DNA of 63,540 nucleotides, the filler included, from Octopus bimaculoides (Eukaryota): assembly GCF_001194135.2 (NCBI RefSeq). It is 4 parts of 4 records of this genome, joined end to end, with 100 filler letters (N's around TTAATTAATTAA, not from the genome) between each part and the next. Parts side by side here need not be neighbours in the genome. Positions count along the whole stretch, not along the records: positions 29,332 to 42,313 come from NC_068984.1; positions 42,414 to 54,353 come from NC_068990.1; 2 more parts are not named here. The stretch is one strand, 5' to 3'. The number at the start of each line of letters is the position of its first letter. Position 1 is the first letter of the stretch. A model generated the notes under the pieces. That model did not search any database. It was not told the DNA's origin and saw only the letters and a program-made list of their open reading frames with translations. Position numbers and translations under genes: made by a program. Shown here piece after piece: positions 37,991-50,225 of the stretch.

Positions 37991-38593
37991 TATACCACGA
38001 GACCATCACAACGGAGGAGTTTTACCAGTTATTTGGTAAACTCGATTCTTCCTTCATTTATTCTTCCAATTTTTGTCACAATGTTTCATACACTTCTTTA
38101 CAATTTAAAACAGTATATTGTACTTTTATCCAGTCATGACACGTATGATTGCATGGTTTTGTGTGTCAGTTGCTGAAGAAGTGTCCGAAAAATGAAAGGC
38201 ATAAATCAAAACGTAAAGGGAAAGTATGGAGGTAATTAAGTCTCAATCCGATAAACAAATCAACTAGCGTTATCAAGGATAAAGTTTTACATTATAAACA
38301 ACGGTTTCTAAAATGCATGGACTTAATGAGATATCAGTTGTTGTAAGTCCTCTTCAGCTTAATGAAAGCTCGAATACCGATTTAATAACTATGTCGGCGC
38401 AATTCGTAATCGAACTTTGCTCGCCAACAAAAAAGTCGCTGCATAAGATATTATCATATGATAATAAGATATTATATTATGCTTATTTATTGTGCTTTTA
38501 CTATTCAATTTTTCGATATGTGACAGTGGATTTTCATCGATGAGTTCATGAACCTTGGTTCTTTTCCCTAAAACTATATATTTATAGAGTATA

Positions 38594-38644
<51 letters not shown>

Positions 38645-41290
38645 ATATANNNNNNNNNNNNNNNNNNNNNNNNNNNNNNNNNNNNNNNNNNNNNNNNNNN
38701 NNNNNNNNNNNNNNNNNNNNNNNNNNNNNNNNNNNNNNNNNNNNNNNNNNNNNNNNNNNNNNNNNNNNNNNNNNNNNNNNNNNNNNNNNNNNNNNNNNNN
38801 NNNNNNNNNNNNNNNNNNNNNNNNNNNNNNNNNNNNNNNNNNNNNNNNNNNNNNNNNNNNNNNNNNNNNNNNNNNNNNNNNNNNNNNNNNNNNNNNNNNN
38901 NNNNNNNNNNNNNNNNNNNNNNNNNNNNNNNNNNNNNNNNNNNNNNNNNNNNNNNNNNNNNNNNNNNNNNNNNNNNNNNNNNNNNNNNNNNNNNNNNNNN
39001 NNNNNNNNNNNNNNNNNNNNNNNNNNNNNNNNNNNNNNNNNNNNNNNNNNNNNNNNNNNNNNNNNNNNNNNNNNNNNNNNNNNNNNNNNNNNNNNNNNNN
39101 NNNNNNNNNNNNNNNNNNNNNNNNNNNNNNNNNNNNNNNNNNNNNNNNNNNNNNNNNNNNNNNNNNNNNNNNNNNNNNNNNNNNNNNNNNNNNNNNNNNN
39201 NNNNNNNNNNNNNNNNNNNNNNNNNNNNNNNNNNNNNNNNNNNNNNNNNNNNNNNNNNNNNNNNNNNNNNNNNNNNNNNNNNNNNNNNNNNNNNNNNNNN
39301 NNNNNNNNNNNNNNNNNNNNNNNNNNNNNNNNNNNNNNNNNNNNNNNNNNNNNNNNNNNNNNNNNNNNNNNNNNNNNNNNNNNNNNNNNNNNNNNNNNNN
39401 NNNNNNNNNNNNNNNNNNNNNNNNNNNNNNNNNNNNNNNNNNNTATATATATATACATGTATACACACACACACACATATATATATATATGTATGTATAT
39501 GTGTAATATTGCCCGCCAAAGCAGATATAATTACACGTATACGACATAAAAGGTCAACGACACACATTAAGTCAATTTAGTTCATCACTTACACATAATG
39601 AATTTTTGAAAACGGAAAGAATAAATCATTTTTTTTTCTTATCATCTGCTAACATATTTGACTGGAAGACAATGAGATATAATATAATTGACGCCGTATA
39701 TTCTAATAAAACTTCCTCTCACTCATGACTGAATATTCAATGAAATATAATACGTACTTTTATTAATATCCACCTAAGTGTTTCTGCTTTTCTATCAACG
39801 AGGTAAAATACTACACTTTCAAATGCGTGCCAGAAACACTAGCCAAAAGTTACAATAATAACTTGCTGTTTGTTGGTTGTTATTATTTAACGCCTATTTG
39901 GTTTGATTGCATATAGTTATGATGAAAAGATTCCGCGACATAACTACTTTGTTTTTCTTCTAGGAATAGTGTACCATAGACCACATCATCTAATGTACCA
40001 GTCGTCCTGAAGACCTATGTTGTGATTTATTTCTAGAAGGTTGACGAACGACGTACAAGCTGTAACAGTGTTTGTACTCAAATATTGGTTATGGAATAAT
40101 TATAATATTAATTCAGCTTTCATTAACACTCAAAAATCATAACTTCCAAACAAAAGATGTGACCTAGATTCAATACATCACCATGTATTTCGATGAGCAC
40201 ATAACCGTTGAAACCTATCTCCTCTTCAGATACTATTGACGGCTCTGTGAGAAATTATCTTCAATTTTCTCATCCGTTAATCCTTTAGCATTCAATTTTC
40301 TTATCCATTAATCCTTTGGCATTCAATTTACGCAGACAAATGTAATGCATATTTTTTCACATTATTTTGAGTTAATCATACATTATCTCATAAGTTCGAA
40401 ATTTTGACGATGTGGGGATTTACTTTTAGAATGATATTGTAGTGTAGTGTGAGAGACCATTTTGAATATAACACATAAAACTTGGGCTTGATATGGCTAG
40501 TTTAAATACTAAAGAGTTAAAGTTAGGTTTAGTCCATTTACACACATACTGGCCAATCATGATACAGGTTGAACTGAGTGACATTGTAATAGTAGTATGT
40601 GACATCTTACAAGACACTTGTGCTATATATCACAGTTAAAAATCATTCAAAAAACAATCACGGAAGTCTTTCCTTATATCTACTCTAATTCTTTTATTCT
40701 TTTACTGGCTTCAGTTACAACAGACTTGACGATGACAATGGCACTCCATTTGCAGTAAGAGGTTTTTGGTTGATTTTATCGACCTCAGCAGTCATTAGAT
40801 CGACCTCCATCAGATAACTTTTCATTGTAAATTTTGCGCCATTATATGTAAATCTAGACGTGTGTGTGTGTGTGTATGTAAGTTCTATATCAGATATATA
40901 ACGACTTAGCGACTTTCTACAATCTAAAATTATGTAAATCAAATATATTCCTGTAAGAAAAATTAAATGTGACCCATTAACAGAATCGAGTAACCTATGA
41001 ACATGTAATATATTAGGTTAGTGAAACAAATTTTGCAGAGGAATGGCAGCAGGTAACGGAGGTATTAATACGAAAATAAACATTTGATATAACTATGAAA
41101 CTTCTCTGGCCCGCTCCCTCCCTCCATCCATCCATCCATCCATCCATACATACATACATAAAGTATATATTTCTCTCTCTTTCTCCATATACATATATGT
41201 GGATATATATATATATATGTATGTATATATGTATGCATATATATTTATATGTGTGTGTGTAGATATATATGTATGTAGACATATATATGG

Positions 41291-41334
<44 letters not shown>

Positions 41335-41475
41335 NNNNNNNNNNNNNNNNNNNNNNNNNNNNNNNNNNNNNNNNNNNNNNNNNNNNNNNNNNNNNNNNNN
41401 NNNNNNNNNNNNNNNNNNNNNNNNNNNNNNNNNNNNNNNNNNNNNNNNNNNNNNNNNNNNNNNNNNNNNNNNNNN

Positions 41476-41514
<39 letters not shown>

Positions 41515-42475
41515 TATATATATATATAGGTGTGCATGTGTAAGTATTTGATTGTGTATGTGAGTATGTGTGGCTATGTTTCATTTCTGATCCCGCACAA
41601 AAAAAAAAAGAAAACAACGTTACAAAGTACCATACAATGAGACTACTTTCCTGAATTTATAAAATTTCCATAACAGAGAAATAGATATAATTTTAGATTA
41701 GTTTTCTCTTTTCGAATAATTCTTCAGTCTTCTGGTAGTTTCAATTTCATTTTATCTTTTTTTTTTTTCTCAATGCTAATTTCCGTTGCTTCTTGTAATA
41801 ATAGTTTCTTGTTTGTAGTTCCAATAGAAATCGATGCAAAAATCAGAAACTGTAAATAAATTCTCTAGTTTGTGGTTCTTTCAATTTTGGTTTTGTGACT
41901 TTTATAATATTGTTGACGTTGTTGTTATTGCGATCGTTTTCTTTATTCTTTTTGTTTTATATTATGTTTTGTTTTCATATCTTTTAGCTTGTTATTGTTA
42001 TTTATATGTTGTTAGCTACCATCGCCGTCACCATGGCATTCGGCCCCAGCACCACCATCATGACCATCATCAATACCATGTTCATCACCATCGTCAGCAG
42101 CATCAACGTTCCCACACGCTGTACCACATCCTCCTCATCATTAACATCTTCATCCTCATTATCATTGTCAACGCTCTAAACTTTTAATACTAAATGGATA
42201 CCGTCTAGATAATTAGTAATAAGTTTCCATCAACTTTCAGAAACATTCTGGATGGTATTTTTGTCGTGTATCTACAAGATATTTCTTTCTTATATATATA
42301 TATATATATATATNNNNNNNNNNNNNNNNNNNNNNNNNNNNNNNNNNNNNNNNNNNNTTAATTAATTAANNNNNNNNNNNNNNNNNNNNNNNNNNNNNNN
42401 NNNNNNNNNNNNNTATATATATATATATATGTAAAATGTATATATGTATACATGTGTGTATATGTATATATATTC

Positions 42476-42520
42476 GAGGTCTGATCAATAAGTATACGGA
42501 CTGTTGTTATAGTAATGAAG
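42476..42520. mobile_element. Solo mariner-type TIR remnant
   Basis: CGAGGTCTGATCAATAAGTATACGGACT resembles mariner TIRs. No partner TIR was found. Confidence 0.35.
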
Positions 42521-42649
42521 CGAAAGTAACGAAGTAAAAGTAATTGAAATTGAAAGCATATAATAGTGAAATTATTATATCACATTACAATAGAGATGTT
42601 ATTGTTTCACTTTTGACACGTAATATCGAAACACTATTAGAGATAAGAG

Positions 42650-42824
42650 ATTACTACGGGCTCGCATTAGGCAAGAAATTGAAAAAAATTTTGGCCCCAT
42701 GACACTCCATGGACCCTAAATAATGTATGTGTGAAATTTGGATGAAATCGGTTGGGTAGTTCTCGAATTTTAGTGATGCACACATACTAACACACAGAGA
42801 GACAGACACACGCACACATTCTCA

Positions 42825-42845
<21 letters not shown>
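42650..42845 (+). mobile_element. Non-autonomous Helitron/HINE-like 3' portion
   Basis: GAAATTTGGATGAAATCGGTT...GTAGTTCTCGA...ACAGAGAGACAGACAC...CAGTTTTATATATATA, the layout of DINE-1/Lep1-like elements. Confidence 0.45.
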
Positions 42846-42855
<10 letters not shown>

Positions 42856-42933
42856 GGGAGAATATACAAAAAATAACAACAGACGAGGACAGGTGGTGTA
42901 AATAACAAAAGTATATATTAGTATGACGCTCGG

Positions 42934-42937
<4 letters not shown>
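42856..42937 (-). mobile_element. Truncated inverted copy of the 13278-13449 repeat (no HHR)
   Basis: Near-identical reverse complement of 13370-13449. Confidence 0.75.
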
Positions 42938-42995
<58 letters not shown>

Positions 42996-43599
42996 ATATT
43001 TAGATCTGTACTAAATATTTGGTAAAAATATTGTACCTGTTATCAACGTAGCAAAAATCTCATATGAAAGGTTGTTTATCATACAATTTTGTGTGCATAT
43101 CAATTTAAATAAGAGCTATAACGCGATCCATCGTAAAAACTTGTTTAATGACCTATGTACATTTCGATGCAATATCCCGACTCAGTCCTGTATGTTATAA
43201 AATATGGAATATTGTATCTCTTCAGGGTCAAGTTTGATTAATTCATAGCAGACACCTATATATATATCTGAACGTATGTGTGTATATATGTATGTATATC
43301 TATATATCTATACACACACACACACATATACATACACACACACACGTACCCTCACACGCACATACATACACACAAGTAGACAGACGGATAGGCAAACAGA
43401 CAGACAAACAGAGGGAGAGGGTCAGATTTGCAAAAAAAAAAAAATGACCTATTTCAGTGGCCGACATTTGGAAGTAGTTAAGAGAGGTCGGTGTACCAAC
43501 AGAGGTTAGTCTTCTAACAGAGGTTAGTAGACTAACTTACATCCAATAATGATTACTTTACGCAGTTTTAAAACTGTAATTAACCACCTTTGCCACGGC

Positions 43600-43690
43600 T
43601 CACTCGGGCGGTAGAATGTCATCACTTCCGGTTAGATGCCTATCCACATTACTCACCGCTTTCACTCTTACATATCGCCGCCATCTTCCT
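43600..43690. promoter_or_regulatory. CpG-rich promoter-like segment with ETS and YY1 motifs
   Basis: CACTTCCGG at 43623-43631 (ETS/GABP) and CGCCGCCATCTT at 43676-43687 (YY1) in an otherwise CpG-poor window. Confidence 0.5.
43657..43684 (-). CDS. Candidate first coding exon (MAAICKSES, phase-1 intron) of an unidentified gene
   Basis: Minus strand reads GAGGAAG-ATG GCG GCG ATA TGT AAG AGT GAA AGC G|GTGAGT, a strong start context followed by a consensus donor. Confidence 0.45.
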
Positions 43691-43834
43691 CACTTTGTCT
43701 CCACGCGTTAAATTCTGTTTATTCTTGTTTCACCTCTTTTACCTTCCTCACTCTTTTGTCGTCGTCGTCGTCGTCGTCGCTGCTGCCGTCGTAGAAGAAG
43801 AAGAAGAAGAAGAAGAAGAAGAAGAAGAAACTGG

Positions 43835-43985
43835 GTGTTAATATGTGACTACAGGTCGGCCCAGATCAAAAGCTATGATCGAGAACCCACCCTATCGACT
43901 AAATGTGTCCTTCCCTTATTTAAAACATTAAGATGTGATTTGAGTATAATTTGGCTGTTATTTCTCTCAGTTTGAGCGTTGGGTC
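43835..43985 (-). mobile_element. Repeat family C (SINE-like), degenerate
   Basis: Shares GTGATTTGAG...ATTTGGCTGTTATTTCT and CAGGTCGGCCC.GATC...CTATGATC with 48676-48930 and, inverted, with 60000-60306 and 60530-60712. Confidence 0.45.
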
Positions 43986-44047
43986 GATGTTGTAGTCGGA
44001 AATGTTGCTGTGAATGTGGTGGTGTTATATGCTGTTGTTTGTGTGAT

Positions 44048-44270
44048 GGTGGCGAGCTAGCAGAATCGTTAGCACACCGGGCGAAATGCTTAGTGGTATT
44101 TCGTCTGTCGTTACGTTCTGAGTTCAAATTCTGCCGAGGTCGACTTTGCCTTTCGGAGTCGATTAAATAAGTACCAGTTACGCATTGGGTCGATGTAACC
44201 GACTTAATTCCTTTGTCTGTCTTTGTTTGTCCCTTCTCAGTTTAGAGACCCTGTGGGCAATAAAGAAATA
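44048..44270 (+). mobile_element. SINE family B with tail type 3 (LINE-like tail)
   Basis: Canonical head GGCGAGCTAGCAGAATCGTTAGC...GAGTTCAAATTC. It ends GTTTGTCCC...CCCTGTGGGCAATAAAGAAATA. Confidence 0.9.
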
Positions 44271-44940
44271 TATATGATATTGTTTGAGCTATTTTTGTCG
44301 ATGTTGTTATGGCTACATTTTTCAGTATTTCTTTCGGCTCTTTAGGTTCTGAGTTCAAATCCTTTCGATCATGAGTGCAAAATCCTAATCAAGGAGTCAC
44401 ACGCCTTCCGCGTACCAGGACGAAGCAAGATGAAGCAGACCCCGATGCGATTTGAACTGGAAACGTAAAGGACACAGCCAAGTTGTACAACTTTAGTGGT
44501 CTGCCTATTCCAAAGATTTCCAAGGAAGAAATCAAGTCTTTTGTTCATTTTTTTTTCCGATGAAAGGAGTTTGATCATCAGGAAGCCAAACGGCACCAGT
44601 GGAGGAAATTTCGAAAAAAATCTGGTGAAAATTATAAAAAATTCTGATGGAAAGAATTTCAAAAGATCCCAAAACGAAAATAAACAAAACATCTGGCTAT
44701 GTGCCAGCTAGTGTGAAAAATCCTCATTATTTATCGTTGGTGGTGGTCATGCTGTAATTCTAGTTCCTTCTTCGTCTCCTCATTTCCTGGCGCCACCACA
44801 ATATTTGATATGGAAGTTCAAAAGAAACGGCAGCCACATTCTACCGTTTAAGGTATCGGTAAGTGCTAAGTAAACATCAAAGGAGAATATTTGCTCTTTT
44901 TCGTCTCGTCTCTTTGTCTGTGTGTTTCTGCATCCCCCCT

Positions 44941-44975
<35 letters not shown>

Positions 44976-45272
44976 TCGCACCTCGAATACGTACAATTTC
45001 TCCCACTTCCCACCTCATTCTAAAAAGTCAGGAATGTAAAATAAACAGGGAAAATATCTGAACAAAATTGTGACAGATCTGCAGAAAATGTTGATTTGAA
45101 GCAGATAAATTCATTATATTACGATTAAAGTATGTTGATTAGGCAATTAGTACCTGTATAAGTGTCTTTTATGACTGTCTGTTAATGTTGTTGTTGCTTA
45201 GACCTGGACTGCCCAAGCCAGCATAATGTACGTAGAACTACATTAGACAATGCTCTCTTTCTTTCTTTCTTC

Positions 45273-45323
<51 letters not shown>

Positions 45324-45419
45324 TCAAGATTGTATGATGTGATGTAAGATTTAGTTGATATTAATTGCAGGTTGAGTTACCACGTAAAAGTTAACTGATT
45401 GAAGCGTTGATGCTTATTT

Positions 45420-45485
<66 letters not shown>

Positions 45486-45550
45486 CAGAGAGACAGAGAG
45501 ACAGAGAGACAGAGAGAGAGAGAGAGAGAGTGTGTGTGTGTGTGTGTGTG
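45420..45550. repeat. (GT)n(GA)n(GT)n microsatellite; (CTTT)n at ~45258-45325
   Basis: Direct read. Confidence 0.95.
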
Positions 45551-45636
45551 GGTGTTGCGTGCACACAAACTCAAATGGATAAGTCTTTAATGCTCACATC
45601 AATTTTTAGTTCTGTAGTTCAATACAGTCCATAAAT

Positions 45637-45830
45637 TGGTGGCAGAATCGTTAGCACGCCACGTACAATGCTTAGCGGTGTTTCATCCGCCTCTGCGTTG
45701 TGACTTCGAATTCCACCGAGGTCGACTTTACCTTTCATCCTTTTAGGGTTCGATAAAACTACTGGGGTCGATGCAATCAACTATCCCACCCTGGCCCAAA
45801 CTTTCAAGCCTTGTGCTTATAATAAAAAAG
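45637..45830 (+). mobile_element. SINE family B
   Basis: TGGCAGAATCGTTAGCACGCC...CCGAGGTCGACTTTACCTTTCATCC...GCCTTGTGCTTATAATAAAAAAG. Confidence 0.8.
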
Positions 45831-46299
45831 ATATTTACAGTTTCTACCAAAGTTTTTAGCAATGTTATGAAATGTGAGTGTTTACACCAGATTAACAATA
45901 ATCTCTCGTTTTCGATTATTATTATTATTTTTATTTTTTATTTTTTTGGAGATCAAAAAACGGTTTACAAATTAACTTGCGAAGTTCATTTGAAGCATTC
46001 TAGTGAAAGAAGCTTCACAGATATTTGAGCGTTGGACAGTACCAATATGGTTTTAATGGAAGAAAGTATCTATTATTCCTTTCTTTTCTACGATATTTCG
46101 ATCGCATAGATCTTATTAAAATAATACAAAACAACAATAGGTGGAAAGAATTAAGACAGGCAAATATATAAAGCGCTCGCTATATGCATGGGTATATCAA
46201 TTTCTTATTCTACAATATATACATATAGTGACTTTTCGTCATTGGAAAAAGTATATATATTTGCATTGAGAACCACTTCCCATCGCCAACCGGTGGTTG

Positions 46300-46410
46300 T
46301 CACACGCTGGTGACGAGTCAATACCCAGCTGGAGGAGATGTCTTCCTGGGGCTACAAGCTACAGTAGCATCGACCCTTAAGGGTTAGCCACATTTAGGTG
46401 GCAAATGTAC
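46300..46410 (-). repeat. Repeat family D (unclassified); homologue at ~62770-62870 (+)
   Basis: Both copies share TGCCA.CT.AATGTGGC...ATGCTACTGT...TAGCCC.AGGAA..CATC...CCAG.TGG. Confidence 0.5.
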
Positions 46411-47240
46411 TTCACGATATATATATATATATATATANNNNNNNNNNNNNNNNNNNNNNNNNNNNNNNNNNNNNNNNNNNNNNNNNNNNNNNNNNNNNNN
46501 NNNNNNNNNNNNNNNNNNNNNNNNNNNNNNNNNNNNNNNNNNNNNNNNNNNNNNNNNNNNNNNNNNNNNNNNNNNNNNNNNNNNNNNNNNNNNNNNNNNN
46601 NNNNNNNNNNNNNNNNNNNNNNNNNNNNNNNNNNNNNNNNNNNNNNNNNNNNNNNNNNNNNNNNNNNNNNNNNNNNNNNNNNNNNNNNNNNNNNNNNNNN
46701 NNNNNNNNNNNNNNNNNNNNNNNNNNNNNNNNNNNNNNNNNNNNNNNNNNNNNNNNNNNNNNNNNNNNNNNNNNNNNNNNNNNNNNNNNNNNNNNNNNNN
46801 NNNNNNNNNNNNNNNNNNNNNNNNNNNNNNNNNNNNNNNNNNNNNNNNNNNNNNNNNNNNNNNNNNNNNNNNNNNNNNNNNNNNNNNNNNNNNNNNNNNN
46901 NNNNNNNNNNNNNNNNNNNNNNNNNNNNNNNNNNNNNNNNNNNNNNNNNNNNNNNNNNNNNNNNNNNNNNNNNNNNNNNNNNNNNNNNNNNNNNNNNNNN
47001 NNNNNNNNNNNNNNNNNNNNNNNNNNNNNNNNNNNNNNNNNNNNNNNNNNNATATATATACCGTCGTTCTAGTTTAACGACCCTCCATGTTTGTTTTCGT
47101 TCGGTTTCTTGTATGTCTCCACTGTCCTGTTTTTGTTCCCAACTTTGACCCTCCATAAATCCCAAATTTTATTTTGGTACTTATGGGAACAACTGTCTTC
47201 GAAGACTCATATTGTCGTTCAGTGCTCGAAATGAGGAGCA

Positions 47241-47290
<50 letters not shown>

Positions 47291-48030
47291 AATGTGTAGG
47301 TATGGTTATACGTAAGTTTGACGATGCATATTTCCAGCAGTGTAAGGTAGATAAAGAGGAAAGTATGTATGTATGTATGTATGTATGTATGTATGTATGC
47401 ATGCATGCATGTAGGTAGGTAGGTAGGTAAGTAGGTAGGTAGGTAGGTAAGTAGGTAGGTAGGTAATTAAATTAATTATGTAAATTGATTACACGGCACA
47501 TTCTTTTTCAGATGCTTAGAACGAAATCTGCATGGAAAAGGAACGCCCTTGGGTTGCCGTGTTTGACAATTAAGGGATATTCTCTTGATATTTCGCCAGA
47601 ATTACTTCGTACAATATGTAAATAATTGAAAATGGTTGTTAGATATTCTCCTATTGATGTTTCTTCCGTTCCTTTTCTGTTTCTACCTTCTTTATANNNN
47701 NNNNNNNNNNNNNNNNNNNNNNNNNNNNNNNNNNNNNNNNNNNNNNNNNNNNNNNNNNNNNNNNNNNNNNNNNNNNNNNNNNNNNNNNNNNNNNNNNNNN
47801 NNNNNNNNNNNNNNNNNNNNNNNNNNNNNNNNNNNNNNNNNNNNNNNNNNNNNNNNNNNNNNNNNNNNNNNNNNNNNNNNNNNNNNNNNNNNNNNNNNNN
47901 NNNNNNNNNNNNNNNNNNNNNNNNNNNNNNNNNNNNNNNNNNNNNNNNNNNNNNNNNNNNNNNNNNGTTCCGTTGATTTCGTTTAAAATTTTTCAGTTAA
48001 TTAAAATATTCTGGAATGGCGCCCAATCAC

Positions 48031-48451
48031 TATTCTTTTCTACTTTAGGGACAAGGCCCGAAATTTTGGAGGAGGGGGGCCAGTCGATCAGATCGACCCT
48101 AGTACGCAACTGGTACTTAATTTATCGACGCAAAGTTGACTTCGGCTGGGTTTGAAAGCAGAACGTAAAAAGACCGAAGAAATACTGTTAAACATTTTGT
48201 TTGACGCACTAACGATTCAATCAGCTCACAACCTCCCAGTACCAATCCTTTCTAATTCTAGCACAGGGCCAGAAATGTTTGAGGGGAGGGAAGCCAATTA
48301 CATCGAACCCACTACTAAATGGTATTTATTTTATTGACCCCCAGAATGCAAAGTCGACTTCAGCGAAATTTGAACTTAGAACGTAAAGACGGGTGAAATG
48401 CCGGTGTGTACTTTGTCCGACGCGCTAATCATTCTGCCACCTTACTGCCTT
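48031..48451 (-). mobile_element. Two tandem SINE family B copies (48031-48234, 48245-48451)
   Basis: Each has a type-1 tail and the GAACTTAGAACGTAAAGAC-like core. Confidence 0.8.
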
Positions 48452-48675
48452 CCGCCGCCCCCTAATAATGTTATTTAGATAGAATAAGAAGACAGTGGAA
48501 TGACTTTACCGAATTCCAGTCTTGGTTTCTTCATTAAATGCCAAAACAGTTACTTTTCTTTGTCTCCATAGGAACAAGAAGAACAAGAAATAGTGTGATT
48601 CTGTCTTAGCATAAGACAACATAAAATAGGTTTTTGTCAGGTAAAAATGTCACATTGTCTTTGTTTACACACGAC

Positions 48676-48930
48676 AGGCAGTTGTTGTTGTTGGTGTTGT
48701 TGTTGTTGTTGTTGTCGTTGCTGTTGTTGTTGTTGTTGTTTGATTGTAGGTCAGCGCTTATCGAGCCGATCTATGAACAGAGATATTCCACTTGCAGCTA
48801 TCCCATCTCTTCGTATATTCGTGACTGCATTACTGAATGTGACTTCCTAAAAAAGAGTGACAGGGTGTAATTTAAGAGAGATTTATCTGCTATTTCTAGC
48901 AGTCTGAATGTCCATATGGAAGTTCTCGTG
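48676..48930 (-). mobile_element. Repeat family C with (CAA)n-type tail
   Basis: (GTT)n, then GTAGGTCAGCGCTTATCGAGCCGATCTATGA...GTGTAATTTAAGAGAGATTTATCTGCTATTTCTAGCAG. Confidence 0.55.
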
Positions 48931-49427
48931 TTGTCTCGTGTGTCAGAGAGTTTCAGATACAGGACGTTGCTATTTTGTCTTTGAATGTATAATGTCTTGT
49001 TGATTTAATCAACAAACGTAGATTTATAGTCTCAAATATCTCAACAGTCGTGGTAGTTATGTTAGTGTTGGTGGTGGTGGTAGTGGTAGTGGTGTTGTTG
49101 GGGGTGGTGATGGTGTTGGTGGATTAGGGGAGGTGGGAAGATAAAATGCAATTCCTTAAATCTTTTGACTGTTTCTTTTTACCAAAAGGACATTCAGAGC
49201 AAATCCGAAGAGACATGTTTTGAACCTGCAAAGGACGAAATCGGCCCACCGGGAGACTATCTCTCGTTCTACCCGACACATCATTGTCCGAATTTCCGGA
49301 TACCGTCATCGTTGTCATCAATATCGCCACCATCATCGTCATCATCGCCATCGTCGTCATCATTATTCTCAATCAACAACTACAACCGCCATTATCCCCA
49401 TCAAATCCACGCTTCTGACTTCAAATA

Positions 49428-49865
49428 GTCTTTTCTACTCTAGGCCCAAGGCTCGAATTTTTTTTTTTGTTTTTGGTGGGGAGCGGGGTACAGTCGATTA
49501 GATCGATACCAGTACGCAACTGGTACTTAATTCATCGACCCAGAAAGGATGAAAGGCAAAGTTGACCTCGGCGAAATTTGAACTCAGAACCTAAAGACAG
49601 ACGAGATACTGCCCGGCGCGCTAACGTTTCTGCCAGCTCCCCGCCTTTCTGACTTCAGATATTCTTTTGTTTTCTGCTCTAGGCAAAAGGCCCGAAATTT
49701 TGGGGGAGGGGCGCCAATCGATTAGATCTATCCCAGTACGCAACTGGTACTTAATTCATCGACCCAGAAAGGATGAAAGGCAAAGTTGACCTCGGCGAAA
49801 TTTGAACTCAGAACCTAAAGACAGACGAGATACTGCCCGGCGCGCTAACGTTTCTGCCAGCTCCC
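49428..49865 (-). mobile_element. Two tandem SINE family B copies; the first is flanked by a 15-bp TSD-like repeat
   Basis: TTCTGACTTCA(A/G)ATA at 49413-49427 and 49647-49661. 49509-49641 is identical to 49733-49865. Confidence 0.9.
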
Positions 49866-49956
49866 NNNNNNNNNNNNNNNNNNNNNNNNNNNNNNNNNNN
49901 NNNNNNNNNNNNNNNNNNNNNNNNNNNNNNNNNNNNNNNNNNNNNNNNNNNNNNNN

Positions 49957-49991
<35 letters not shown>

Positions 49992-50178
49992 ATGTATGTG
50001 TATGTGTATGTTTGTTCCTCCAACATCGCTTGACTACCGATGCTGGTGTGTTTACGTCCACGTAACTTAGTGGTTCGGTAAAAGCCACCGATAGAATAAG
50101 CACTAGGCTTACAAAGTATAAGTTCTGGGGTCGATTTGCTCGACGAAAGGTGGTGCTCCAGCATGGCCGCAGTTAAAT
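49957..50178 (+). mobile_element. SINE family A, 3' half
   Basis: (GT)n/(TATG)n, then CATCGCTTGAC.ACCGATGCTGGTGTGTTTACGTCC...GCATGGCCGCAG. Confidence 0.85.
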
Positions 50179-50194
50179 ATATATATATATATAT

Positions 50195-50225
<31 letters not shown>

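Noticed and set aside
36712-38649. (GATA)n...ACCAAGG and its inverse at the two contig ends, as possible TIRs around the pogo copy
   Set aside because: Similarity beyond the microsatellite is only ~8 bp, and contigs commonly end in such repeats.
40715-40754. 40-nt plus-strand exon-like segment (CTTCAG|...|GTAAGA; YNRLDDDNGTPFA)
   Set aside because: It has no partner exons and lies opposite the better-supported minus-strand start. Chance is likely.
44369-44770. Tc1-like FSDERS...GGGH fragments
   Set aside because: The motifs are sparse and the spacing is unverified, so it was not listed as a feature.
47060-47230. Minus-strand LNDNMSLRRQLFP*VPK, like the PLE RT-endonuclease linker
   Set aside because: It is short, interrupted and bounded by a gap and a microsatellite.
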